Position numbers and translations under genes: made by a program. 17,547 bases of DNA from contig JAKSQG010000021.1 in assembly GCA_024404275.1 (NCBI GenBank), positions 1-17,547 on the forward strand, written 5' to 3'. The notes beneath the pieces were generated by a model that saw nothing but the letters and a program-made list of their open reading frames with translations, was not told where the DNA came from and searched no databases. Positions 1 to 6,736 of the stretch are shown piece by piece (position 1 is the stretch's first letter; the number at the start of each line of letters is the position of its first letter). The stretch comes from Clostridia bacterium. Its GTDB lineage: Bacteria > Bacillota > Clostridia > Christensenellales > Aristaeellaceae.

Positions 1-52
1 TGAAGGCGGCCGCACCGTTGGTTCCGGCGCTGTGACCAAGATCGTCGAATAA
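1..52 (+). CDS. tuf: elongation factor Tu, C-terminal end (5' part lies outside the window)
   Basis: The frame starting at nt 2 reads EGGRTVGSGAVTKIVE followed by TAA (50-52), the conserved EF-Tu C-terminus. It sits directly upstream of rpmG-secE-nusG, a common bacterial arrangement. Confidence 0.8.
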   Translation, partial: EGGRTVGSGAVTKIVE

Positions 53-65
53 TCATCGAATTTGA

Positions 66-95
66 CCGCTGCGGCAGGGTGACCTGCCGCGGCGG
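66..95 (+). other. GC-rich stem-loop between tuf and rpmG (possible attenuator or processing structure; not a tRNA)
   Basis: ccgctgcggcagg (66-78) pairs with cctgccgcggcgg (83-95), a 13-bp stem with one T-G wobble and loop gtga. No T-tract follows, so it is not a canonical intrinsic terminator. Confidence 0.4.
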
Positions 96-121
96 AACCT
101 GACCGAAAGAGGTGTTCCAAA

Positions 122-286
122 ATGGCAGCCAAGGAAGCCAGAGCAAACATCGTGCTGGCCTGCACCGAGTGCAAGCAGCGCAATTACAACACCAAGAAGA
201 ACAAGAAGAACACCCCCGACCGTATTGAGCTGAACAAGTATTGCCCCTTCTGCAGGAAGCATACTGCTCATCGCGAAACGAGGTAA
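122..286 (+). CDS. rpmG: 50S ribosomal protein L33 (zinc-ribbon C+ form)
   Basis: Not in the ORF track because it is too short. ATG 122 follows RBS agaggtg. Translation: [54 protein letters not shown], stop TAA 284-286. It has the CxxC...CxxC motif and the typical L33 sequence and position. Confidence 0.9.
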   Translation: MAAKEARANIVLACTECKQRNYNTKKNKKNTPDRIELNKYCPFCRKHTAHRETR

Positions 287-290
287 TACA

Positions 291-701
291 ATGGCTGACG
301 AGAAAACGACCATCGCCAAAGAGGGCGAAAAGAAGGAAAACAAATTCCTTTCTTTCTTGAAGAACCTTCCGAAGCGCATTGCCACGCCTTTCAAGAACAT
401 GTGGCATGAACTGAAAAAGGTCACTTGGCCTACCAAGAAGGACCTGATTCAGTACACTTGCATCGTTCTGCTGTTCATGGCGTTCATGGGTATCGTGATC
501 GGCCTTCTGGACATGGGCGCTTCCAAGCTCGTCACTGCCGTCAGCTCTGCCAAGGCCCCCGCAGCCACGGAGATTCCCGCCCCTGTTGCGACTGAAGCTC
601 CCGTGGAAGCGACCGAAGGCACTGCGGAAGGAACGGATGGTGTGGAAGCCCCTGCCGACAACGCTGTTGTTGAAAGCACGGAAGCTCCCAGCGCCAATTA
701 A
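291..701 (+). CDS. secE: preprotein translocase subunit SecE with a long low-complexity C-terminal tail
   Basis: 136 aa. It has a basic N-terminus, the conserved KxVxWPxxxE/D-like motif (LKKVTWPTKKDL) and one TM helix (YTCIVLLFMAFMGIVIGLL). It lies between rpmG and nusG, with RBS gaggt upstream. The last ~52 aa form an Ala/Pro/Glu/Thr-rich tail. Confidence 0.85.
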   Translation: MADEKTTIAKEGEKKENKFLSFLKNLPKRIATPFKNMWHELKKVTWPTKKDLIQYTCIVLLFMAFMGIVIGLLDMGASKLVTAVSSAKAPAATEIPAPVATEAPVEATEGTAEGTDGVEAPADNAVVESTEAPSAN

Positions 702-713
702 GGAGATCTGTTT

Positions 714-1262
714 ATGAGCGAGTCCACCGAAAGGACCCCGCTGTGGTATGTAGTCCATACCTATTCGGGTTATGAAAACAAGGTAAAGGATAACCTTGAA
801 AAAACAGTCGAAAACAACGGTATGCAGGATCTGATCTTTGAGATCGTTGTGCCGACCGAAGAGGTTGCCGAAATCCGCAACGGCAAGCGCGTGACCTATC
901 AGCGCAAGACGTTCCCGGGTTATGTCCTTGTCAAAATGATCAACACCAACGAAAGCTGGTATGTGGTGCGCAACACGCGTGGTGTGACGGGCTTTGTGGG
1001 CCCCGACAGCACCAAGCCTACGCCCCTTACCCCCGACGAGGTTGACCGTATGCTGTCCAGCCGCTCTGCAGAGAGCCGCTTCAGCATTGCCGTTGGCGAA
1101 GAAGTCCGTATTCTGTCGGGCCCGCTTGCGAACTTTACCGGCATCGTCGAGGAGATCGATCTGGAGCACGCCAAGATGCGCGTGAAGGTGACCATGTTCC
1201 TCGGCCGCGAAATGTCGGTAGATGTCGAGCTTGACCAGGTGGCCAAGCTGGAGGCGGAATAA
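714..1262 (+). CDS. nusG: transcription termination/antitermination factor NusG
   Basis: 182 aa. N-terminal NGN domain (WYVVHTYSGYENKV), C-terminal KOW motif (GEEVRILSGPLANFTGIVEEID), RBS aaggaga 7 nt upstream, canonical secE-nusG-rplK order. Confidence 0.95.
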   Translation: MSESTERTPLWYVVHTYSGYENKVKDNLEKTVENNGMQDLIFEIVVPTEEVAEIRNGKRVTYQRKTFPGYVLVKMINTNESWYVVRNTRGVTGFVGPDSTKPTPLTPDEVDRMLSSRSAESRFSIAVGEEVRILSGPLANFTGIVEEIDLEHAKMRVKVTMFLGREMSVDVELDQVAKLEAE

Positions 1263-1296
1263 TCCGCCGATCTCAACCCTTTTGTTTGTCCCCTTA

Positions 1297-1332
1297 GTGG
1301 GAGGCATGACTTGATCATGCCGCCATTACCAC
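1297..1332 (+). promoter_or_regulatory. structured rplK leader; candidate L1-binding autoregulatory mimic
   Basis: Outer stem gtgg (1297-1300)/ccac (1329-1332), asymmetric internal loop (ga / gccatta), inner 7-bp stem ggcatga (1303-1309)/tcatgcc (1315-1321) and a GGGAGG motif. No T-tract follows. It sits just upstream of the rplK RBS (gaggagg, 1339-1345). The helix/asymmetric loop/helix layout resembles known L1 binding sites, but the assignment is from memory. Confidence 0.3.
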
Positions 1333-1356
1333 AATTATGAGGAGGTGCCATTTACA

Positions 1357-1782
1357 ATGGCAAAGAAAGTAACCGCTATCATCAAACTTCAGGTTAACGC
1401 GGGCAAAGCCAATCCCGCTCCGCCTATCGGTCCCGCTCTGGGCCAGCACGGCGTTAACATTCCCGGCTTCTGCAAGGAATTCAACGCCCGCACCGCGAAG
1501 CAGGAAGGCTACATCATTCCTGTCGTTATCACCGTCTATTCTGACCGTTCCTTCACCTTTATCACCAAGACGCCTCCCGTCCCGGTTCTGATCAAAAAGA
1601 CCCTGGGCATCGAGAGCGCTTCTGCCACCCCCAACAAGGTCAAGGTGGCCCAGCTGACCAAGGCTCAGGTTCGTGAGATCGCCGAAAAGAAGATGCCCGA
1701 CCTGAACGCTGCCAGCATTGAAGCCGCCATGAGCATGGTGGCGGGCACTGCCCGTTCCATGGGCGTGACCGTGGAAGAGTAA
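1357..1782 (+). CDS. rplK: 50S ribosomal protein L11
   Basis: The ORF track starts at 1345, but RBS gaggagg (1339-1345) fits ATG 1357 ([35 protein letters not shown]...), the canonical L11 N-terminus. Stop TAA. Confidence 0.95.
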   Translation: MAKKVTAIIKLQVNAGKANPAPPIGPALGQHGVNIPGFCKEFNARTAKQEGYIIPVVITVYSDRSFTFITKTPPVPVLIKKTLGIESASATPNKVKVAQLTKAQVREIAEKKMPDLNAASIEAAMSMVAGTARSMGVTVEE

Positions 1783-1796
1783 GGGAGGAACTGAAC

Positions 1797-2486
1797 ATGA
1801 AGCACGGCAAGAAGTATGTAGACAGCATGAAGCTGATCGATTCCTCCAAGCTCTATGAAGCCGTGGAAGGCCTGGAGCTTGTCAAGCAGACCGGTAAGGC
1901 CAAGTTTGACGAGACCGTTGAGCTTTCCATCCGTCTGGGCGTTGACCCCCGCCACGCTGACCAGCAGGTCCGCGGCGCCGTGGTTCTGCCCAACGGCACC
2001 GGCAAGAAGGTGCGCGTTCTGGTCTTCGCCAAGGGCCCCAAGGCTGATGAAGCCAAGGCCGCCGGCGCTGACTATGTTGGCGATATGGACCTGGTGCAGA
2101 AGATCCAGCAGGAGAACTGGTTCGACTTCGATGTTTGCGTGGCTACCCCTGATATGATGGGCGTGGTCGGCCGCATCGGTCGTGTCCTGGGCCCCAAGGG
2201 TCTGATGCCCAACCCCAAGTCCGGCACTGTGACGATGGACCTGACCAAGGCCATTGCCGAGATCAAAGCCGGTAAGGTGGAGTACCGTGTGGACAAGACC
2301 GCTATCTGCCATTGCCCCATCGGTAAGGTCTCCTTCACCACCGAGCAGCTGCGTGAAAACCTGGCTGCCCTGATGGAAGCCATCAACAAGGCGAAGCCTG
2401 CTACTGCGAAGGGTATTTATATCCGTTCTCTGTATGTCAGCAGCACGATGGGTCCCTCCATCCGCCTGAACACGCTGAAGTTCTGA
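1797..2486 (+). CDS. rplA: 50S ribosomal protein L1
   Basis: 229 aa. Typical L1 sequence ([24 protein letters not shown]...VATPDMM...[11 protein letters not shown]), RBS gggagg, directly after rplK. Stop TGA. Confidence 0.95.
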   Translation: MKHGKKYVDSMKLIDSSKLYEAVEGLELVKQTGKAKFDETVELSIRLGVDPRHADQQVRGAVVLPNGTGKKVRVLVFAKGPKADEAKAAGADYVGDMDLVQKIQQENWFDFDVCVATPDMMGVVGRIGRVLGPKGLMPNPKSGTVTMDLTKAIAEIKAGKVEYRVDKTAICHCPIGKVSFTTEQLRENLAALMEAINKAKPATAKGIYIRSLYVSSTMGPSIRLNTLKF

Positions 2487-2508
2487 TCAGCAAAAGCTTA
2501 ACAGCTTG

Positions 2509-2535
2509 CGCGGCCCGATTTCGGGCCGCGTTTTT
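2509..2535 (+). terminator. intrinsic terminator closing the rplK-rplA operon
   Basis: 8-bp GC stem cgcggccc/gggccgcg with loop gatttc, followed by TTTTT (2531-2535), 23 nt after the rplA stop. Confidence 0.8.
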
Positions 2536-2637
2536 GCGTGCGTAAAATGGGACGGGGAGAAGTTGTTCCATTCGAAAGCGTTCGAAAAACAACAGGCATG
2601 TTTCGGACGCCGGAAAGCGGTATTCGGGCAGAAGCGT

Positions 2638-2666
2638 TTGACCCCGCATACAAAGGATGCTATAAT
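2638..2666 (+). promoter_or_regulatory. sigma-70/SigA-type promoter for the flotillin gene
   Basis: TTGACC (2638-2643), 17-nt spacer, TATAAT (2661-2666), with an extended -10 TG (aTGcTATAAT). RBS aggaggggg follows before ATG 2711. Confidence 0.6.
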
Positions 2667-2710
2667 GTCGCCATAAAGAATTTCCAATATCTCACAGGAG
2701 GGGGAAGTGT

Positions 2711-4132
2711 ATGACGACAACTGACATCCTTCGCATTCTGAGCGGCAACTGGTACTGGATCGTGGCCGGCATTGCGGTGCTGATCATTCTGATCAAGTTT
2801 CTGCCGCGTTACAAGATCGCGCCGCCCGATACGGCGCTGATCATCTCCGGTATTGTGCGGCACCGCTACAAGGTGCGCAACCCCGATGGCACTACCTCTA
2901 CGAAAAAGTTTGGCTATCGCATCATCCGCGGCGGCGCGACTTTCTACATCCCCGCAATCGAAAAGATCGATAATCTGGACATGTGCCTGATGCAGGTGGA
3001 CATCAAAACCAGCCAGCCCGTGCCCACCAAGGAGTATATCTCTGTGCTGGTGGATGCCGTGGCGAACATCAAGATCGGTTCGGATGACCTGTCCATTGCT
3101 ACGGCGGCTGAACAGCTGCTGCACTATGATGCCAATCAGATCCGTGCTTTGGCCAAAGATGTTCTGGAAGGCAACATGCGTGAGATCATCGGTCAGATGA
3201 CCATTTCCGAGCTGATCCAGAATCGCGACAAGTGTGCGCAGGAATCCATCAAGGCCGCCATGCAGGACATGGGGAACATGGGTCTTGAGATCATCAACCT
3301 GACGATCCAGAACTTCTCCGATGAAAACGGCGCCGTCATCAACACGATGGCGGTACAGAATATCGTTTCCAAGGAACGCGATGCCGAGATCGCCCGTGCC
3401 AATGCCGCCCAGGAAGGCAACAAAGCGCGTATGGAATCCGAGGCAGCCATTGCTGAACAGCAGAAGGATCTGGAGCTGCGCCGTGCTGCTTACAAGATTG
3501 AGCAGGATCAGAAAAAGGCGCAGGCCGATCTGGCGTATGATATCGAAAAGGAACGTATTCGTAAGGATCTGGAGACCGAGCATGCCGCGGCTGAACTGAC
3601 CAAGCTGCAGAAGCAGACAGAGCTTCAGCGTCAGCAGGTTGAGATCGAGCGTGAACGGCTGAGCGTGGAGATCCGCGAAAAAGCGGCGGCTGAAAAGGAT
3701 GCCCGCATTGCCGAGGCAGAGGCGGAAAAGTTTGCCCGTCAGGCTAAGGCGGATGCCGACCTGTATGAAGCCGCCAAGCAGGCGGAGGCGATCCGTCAGA
3801 AGGGCGAAGCCGAAGCCGAAGCCATCCGCATGAAGGCGGAGGCGATGAAGCTGTACGGACAGGCGGCCATGCTGGAGATGGTGATCGATAAGCTGCCCGA
3901 CATTGCCCGTTCTGTGAGCGAGCCGCTGAGCAAGACCGAAAAGATCATCCTGTTCGGTGAGGGCGGCGCAACATCGATGGTGAAGGATACGGCCGGCACC
4001 ATGCTGCAGACCTTTGAAGCCGTAAAGGAAGCGGTCGGTCTGGACATTCCGCAGATGATGAAGGATGTCAGCAAGGGCGGTCTGGTGGGCAAAGCCCCCG
4101 GAAAGGATGAAGCTTCCGGCCTGACGGAATAA
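2711..4132 (+). CDS. flotillin-family (SPFH/band 7) membrane scaffold protein, FloT-like
   Basis: 473 aa. N-terminal hydrophobic hairpin (WYWIVAGIAVLIILI), then an SPFH domain, then a long Glu/Ala-rich coiled coil (AEAEAEKFARQAKADADLYEAAKQAEAIRQKGEAEAEAIRMKAEAMKLY) typical of bacterial flotillins. Confidence 0.9.
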   Translation: MTTTDILRILSGNWYWIVAGIAVLIILIKFLPRYKIAPPDTALIISGIVRHRYKVRNPDGTTSTKKFGYRIIRGGATFYIPAIEKIDNLDMCLMQVDIKTSQPVPTKEYISVLVDAVANIKIGSDDLSIATAAEQLLHYDANQIRALAKDVLEGNMREIIGQMTISELIQNRDKCAQESIKAAMQDMGNMGLEIINLTIQNFSDENGAVINTMAVQNIVSKERDAEIARANAAQEGNKARMESEAAIAEQQKDLELRRAAYKIEQDQKKAQADLAYDIEKERIRKDLETEHAAAELTKLQKQTELQRQQVEIERERLSVEIREKAAAEKDARIAEAEAEKFARQAKADADLYEAAKQAEAIRQKGEAEAEAIRMKAEAMKLYGQAAMLEMVIDKLPDIARSVSEPLSKTEKIILFGEGGATSMVKDTAGTMLQTFEAVKEAVGLDIPQMMKDVSKGGLVGKAPGKDEASGLTE

Positions 4133-4154
4133 CACAATAAAGAATCATTACATG

Positions 4155-4192
4155 AGCGGGTATGCTACCGAAAGGGGAGCATACCCGCTTTT
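4155..4192 (+). terminator. intrinsic terminator after the flotillin gene
   Basis: Perfect 12-bp stem agcgggtatgct (4155-4166)/agcatacccgct (4178-4189), followed by TTT. Confidence 0.8.
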
Positions 4193-4329
4193 ATGATGGG
4201 CATGGGGAAAATAACAGAATCATTATGCAGGAAGCAGATGAACAAGGTGCATTATTGCCCTAAAAGTATGAGAGCGGGAGACAGAAACTGCAATTTGTTT
4301 ATATTATTGAACTATTTGTGTCAATATGG

Positions 4330-4358
4330 TTGCTTTTCTTCCACATATCCATTATAAT
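4330..4358 (+). promoter_or_regulatory. candidate promoter for the hydrolase-membrane fusion gene
   Basis: TTGCTT (4330-4335), 17-nt spacer, TATAAT (4353-4358) in an AT-rich spacer. A second TATAAT lies at 4376-4381. RBS aagggagag precedes ATG 4403. Confidence 0.5.
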
Positions 4359-4402
4359 AAACTTATGCAACCCTGCATATAATTGAAAAGGGAGAGAATC
4401 AC

Positions 4403-6409
4403 ATGAAGAAAGGCCTTCGTCTGCTCTGCATCGCGCTGGTGCTGATCCTCGTCGGCAGTATTGCCGCCTCGATCTTCAATACCGGCAACGGTGCGACTAC
4501 CGTTTCCCGCATTTCCTTTGAAGCCGATCACGGCACGCTGAGCGGTCTGCTCTACATGCCCAAGGACGCTTCCGCCACCAATCCCAAGGCGACCATTATC
4601 GTCACCCACGGCTATCTGAATTCTGCTGAAATGCAGGATGCCAATGCCATTGAGCTGTCCCGCCGCGGCTTCGTCGTGCTGGCTCTGGACCAGTATGATC
4701 ATGGTCATTCCGACCTGAACAACGAAGTGTACGGTGGCGACACCTCCTTCTTCGGTGTCTGGCGCCCCTTCTGGAACTACTCCATGTTTGACGCTGTCAA
4801 GTACATGTACAATCAGCCCTACGTCCTGAAGGATGAAAACGGCAATGGTATGATCGGCGTGACCGGTCACTCCATGGGCGGCTTCTCCTCCACCATGGCC
4901 GTGTACATGGACGAGCAGAACTTTGCCACTGCCGGCTATCGTATGATCCATGCCTCCCTGACCGAAGGCTCCGACTTCAGCTACACCGGCATGCTGGGCA
5001 ACACCGCCGCGGTGTTTGATGCCAATGGCGGCGGCCGCTTCAACGGTAAGGTTGCCGCCCATTACGATGAGTTCTTCTTTGCTGCCCCCGGTACCAGCGG
5101 CGTGCGCTATAAGGATTATGTCTCCACTCCCGATGGTATGACCTTCCTGCAGCAGACCGAGCCCGCTACCGCCGGCAAGTGGTATGACACCACCGATGGC
5201 GGCCGCCGCGTCATCTATGAGCCCTCCGAGACCCATCCCTGGAACCACTTCTCCAAGACCACCACTGCCAGCGCTGTTGATTTCTATCTGACAGCCTTTG
5301 AAGGCGCGAAGGGCATCAATGCCGTCGCCGCTGACAATCAGGTCTGGCAGCTGAAAGAAGCCTTTGAGTGTGTGGCTCTGGTTGGCTTCGTGATGCTGCT
5401 CATCGCCGTGGCCTCCCTGCTGATCGAACTGCCCTTCTTCAAGATGGCCAAGAGCGGCAAGCTGCCCGTTCAGGCTTCTCCCAAGGGCGGCATGCTGGCC
5501 ATCACCGTGGTCATCCTGTGCATCGCGATCATCCTGCCCTGCATCGTGTTCCAGCCCCTGATGGATGGCAATGCCACCATTAAGGATATCGTCTTCTATG
5601 CTGCCATCGTGGCTGCTGTGGCCGGTGTTGCCGGCATCGCCCTGAACCTGAAGAACAAGAAGGGCCTCATCGGCGGCTGCCTGAGCATCGTCTCCGGCGC
5701 TCTGCTGGCTCTGGTCGTCAAGACCTCCATGTACGGCGATAACGGCTACTTTACCGCCATCGGCGTCAACTCCATCGCTTACTGGACCATCGGCTGCGCC
5801 CTGATCAGCGCGACCATCCTGAGCACCGTGTACACCTGGATCAAGTCCAAGGACGGTGTGGGTCTGGCTGCCTACGGTATCTCCTTCAAGCCCACTGCCA
5901 TCATCGGCGGTATCTGCACCGGTCTGGTCACCGTGGCCATCAGCTATGCTGTGCTGTTCCTGGTCGACGCCGTGCTGAAGGTGGACTTCCGTATCTGGAC
6001 CTTCGCCTTCAAGACCTTTGACGCCAACCTGGTGCCCGCCATCCTGCACTACCTGCCCACCTTCCTGCTGTTCTACGTGATCAGCACCATCGGTATCACC
6101 ATCAACACCAACACCACCCGCATGAACGGCGCTTGGGGTTATGTGCTGGCGATCCTGCTGAACGCCGGCGGCGGTGTCATCTGGCTGTGCCTGCAGTATG
6201 GCACCCTGTTCAACACCGGTGTTGCCTACTGGCCCGGCTCTGCCCTGTCCGGTATCATGATGTTCGCCATGGTTCCCACTCTGGCCATTGCCGCTATCAT
6301 CAGCCGCAACCTGACCAAGAAGACCGGCAACATCTGGACCGCCGCGGTGCTGAACGCTGTGCTCATGACCATCATGACCATCGCCAACACCATGGTCGTT
6401 TACAAGTAA
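4403..6409 (+). CDS. membrane-anchored alpha/beta-hydrolase fused to a ~10-TM integral membrane domain (function unknown)
   Basis: 668 aa. N-terminal signal anchor (LRLLCIALVLILVGSIAASIF), oxyanion-type HG (VTHGY) and nucleophile elbow GHSMGG (nt 4865-4882). From about nt 5365 there are ~10 predicted hydrophobic helices. Strong RBS. Codon usage resembles the ribosomal genes (CGT/CGC, GGC/GGT, CTG, ATC; almost no CGG/GGG). Confidence 0.85.
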   Translation: MKKGLRLLCIALVLILVGSIAASIFNTGNGATTVSRISFEADHGTLSGLLYMPKDASATNPKATIIVTHGYLNSAEMQDANAIELSRRGFVVLALDQYDHGHSDLNNEVYGGDTSFFGVWRPFWNYSMFDAVKYMYNQPYVLKDENGNGMIGVTGHSMGGFSSTMAVYMDEQNFATAGYRMIHASLTEGSDFSYTGMLGNTAAVFDANGGGRFNGKVAAHYDEFFFAAPGTSGVRYKDYVSTPDGMTFLQQTEPATAGKWYDTTDGGRRVIYEPSETHPWNHFSKTTTASAVDFYLTAFEGAKGINAVAADNQVWQLKEAFECVALVGFVMLLIAVASLLIELPFFKMAKSGKLPVQASPKGGMLAITVVILCIAIILPCIVFQPLMDGNATIKDIVFYAAIVAAVAGVAGIALNLKNKKGLIGGCLSIVSGALLALVVKTSMYGDNGYFTAIGVNSIAYWTIGCALISATILSTVYTWIKSKDGVGLAAYGISFKPTAIIGGICTGLVTVAISYAVLFLVDAVLKVDFRIWTFAFKTFDANLVPAILHYLPTFLLFYVISTIGITINTNTTRMNGAWGYVLAILLNAGGGVIWLCLQYGTLFNTGVAYWPGSALSGIMMFAMVPTLAIAAIISRNLTKKTGNIWTAAVLNAVLMTIMTIANTMVVYK

Positions 6410-6427
6410 TCATTTACGAGAGGCATT

Positions 6428-6467
6428 TGGGAACCACCCTTTTTGAAGCCAAAAAGGGCAGTTCCCA
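6428..6467 (+). other. imperfect hairpin downstream of the hydrolase gene
   Basis: tgggaac-ca-cccttttt / aaaaaggg-ca-gttccca: 7+8 bp with a 2x2 internal mismatch and loop gaagcc. No T-tract follows. Confidence 0.4.
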
Positions 6468-6478
6468 AGCCCTCCGCG

Positions 6479-6556
6479 AAAAAGCAGTTCTGGAATGAGA
6501 GCATTGCACCTTTGCTTTGCCAAAGGGGATGCATCATACCATGGACTGCTTTTTTT
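6479..6556 (+). terminator. long compound hairpin with a T7 tract; likely terminator of the 4403..6409 gene, or an independent structured RNA
   Basis: aaaaagcagt (6479-6488) pairs with actgcttttt (6545-6554). An inner stem (cctttg/caaagg, gcat/atgc) lies inside, and the T-run extends to 6556. Confidence 0.45.
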
Positions 6557-6598
6557 GAACATGGCCTTTCATGGCCCTGTATGACCCATAATAAAATA

Positions 6599-6635
6599 CC
6601 CTTGCCATGATGAGTTTCATTCATCAAGGCAAGGG
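6599..6635 (+). other. hairpin in the convergent intergenic region
   Basis: cccttgccatgatga (6599-6613) pairs with tcatcaaggcaaggg (6621-6635): 15-bp stem with one mismatch and loop gtttcat. The downstream sequence ggttctgttgtctg is U-rich. Confidence 0.4.
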
Positions 6636-6675
6636 GGTTCTGTTGTCTGAAAAGACTGCCCTTTCTCGGAGGGGG

Positions 6676-6722
6676 TAAAAGGGGGAACCATGCTTTCCGG
6701 CTTCGGAAAGCGTGGTTCCCCC
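6676..6722 (-). terminator. intrinsic terminator of the minus-strand metallophosphatase gene
   Basis: 19-bp stem gggggaaccatgctttccg/cggaaagcgtggttccccc (6681-6722) with one wobble and loop gctt. Read on the minus strand it is followed by TTTT (6677-6680). It starts 15 nt beyond the stop at 6737. Confidence 0.75.
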
Positions 6723-6736
6723 TTGTAATCTGTTTG

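Noticed and set aside
66-95. Possible tRNA between tuf and rpmG (a tRNA often sits in this cluster)
   Set aside because: There is only a single 13-bp hairpin in a 69-nt spacer, with no cloverleaf arms and no T-loop GTTCRA motif.
1345-1356. Upstream starts proposed by the ORF track (1345 for rplK; also 7525 for the phosphatase, 9212 for DUF4956, 10209 for glycosidase 1, 13515 for the PreA-like gene)
   Set aside because: In each case a GGAGG-like RBS sits 6-11 nt before an internal ATG that gives the family-typical N-terminus. The longer versions overlap the RBS or the preceding gene.
2660-4135. 491-aa ORF on the minus strand
   Set aside because: It lies exactly antisense to the flotillin gene. 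Its low-complexity Leu/Arg/Gly-rich translation has no recognisable motifs and no RBS. It is a typical shadow ORF of a GC-rich gene.
4152-4196. 14-codon ATG...TGA mini-ORF after the flotillin gene (and similar mini-ORFs at 13361..13403 and in the 4200-4270 spacer)
   Set aside because: It coincides exactly with the terminator hairpin and has no RBS, so it is a coincidental ORF.
4376-4381. Second TATAAT upstream of the hydrolase gene
   Set aside because: No acceptable -35 lies at 16-18 nt (only ATAATA-type sequence), and the TG is misplaced for an extended -10. I kept the 4330-4358 candidate instead, but either could be real.
4352-6049. 565-aa ORF on the minus strand
   Set aside because: It is antisense to the hydrolase-membrane fusion gene. 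The Gly/Asp/His-rich translation makes no sense, whereas the plus-strand frame has clear motifs and TM helices.
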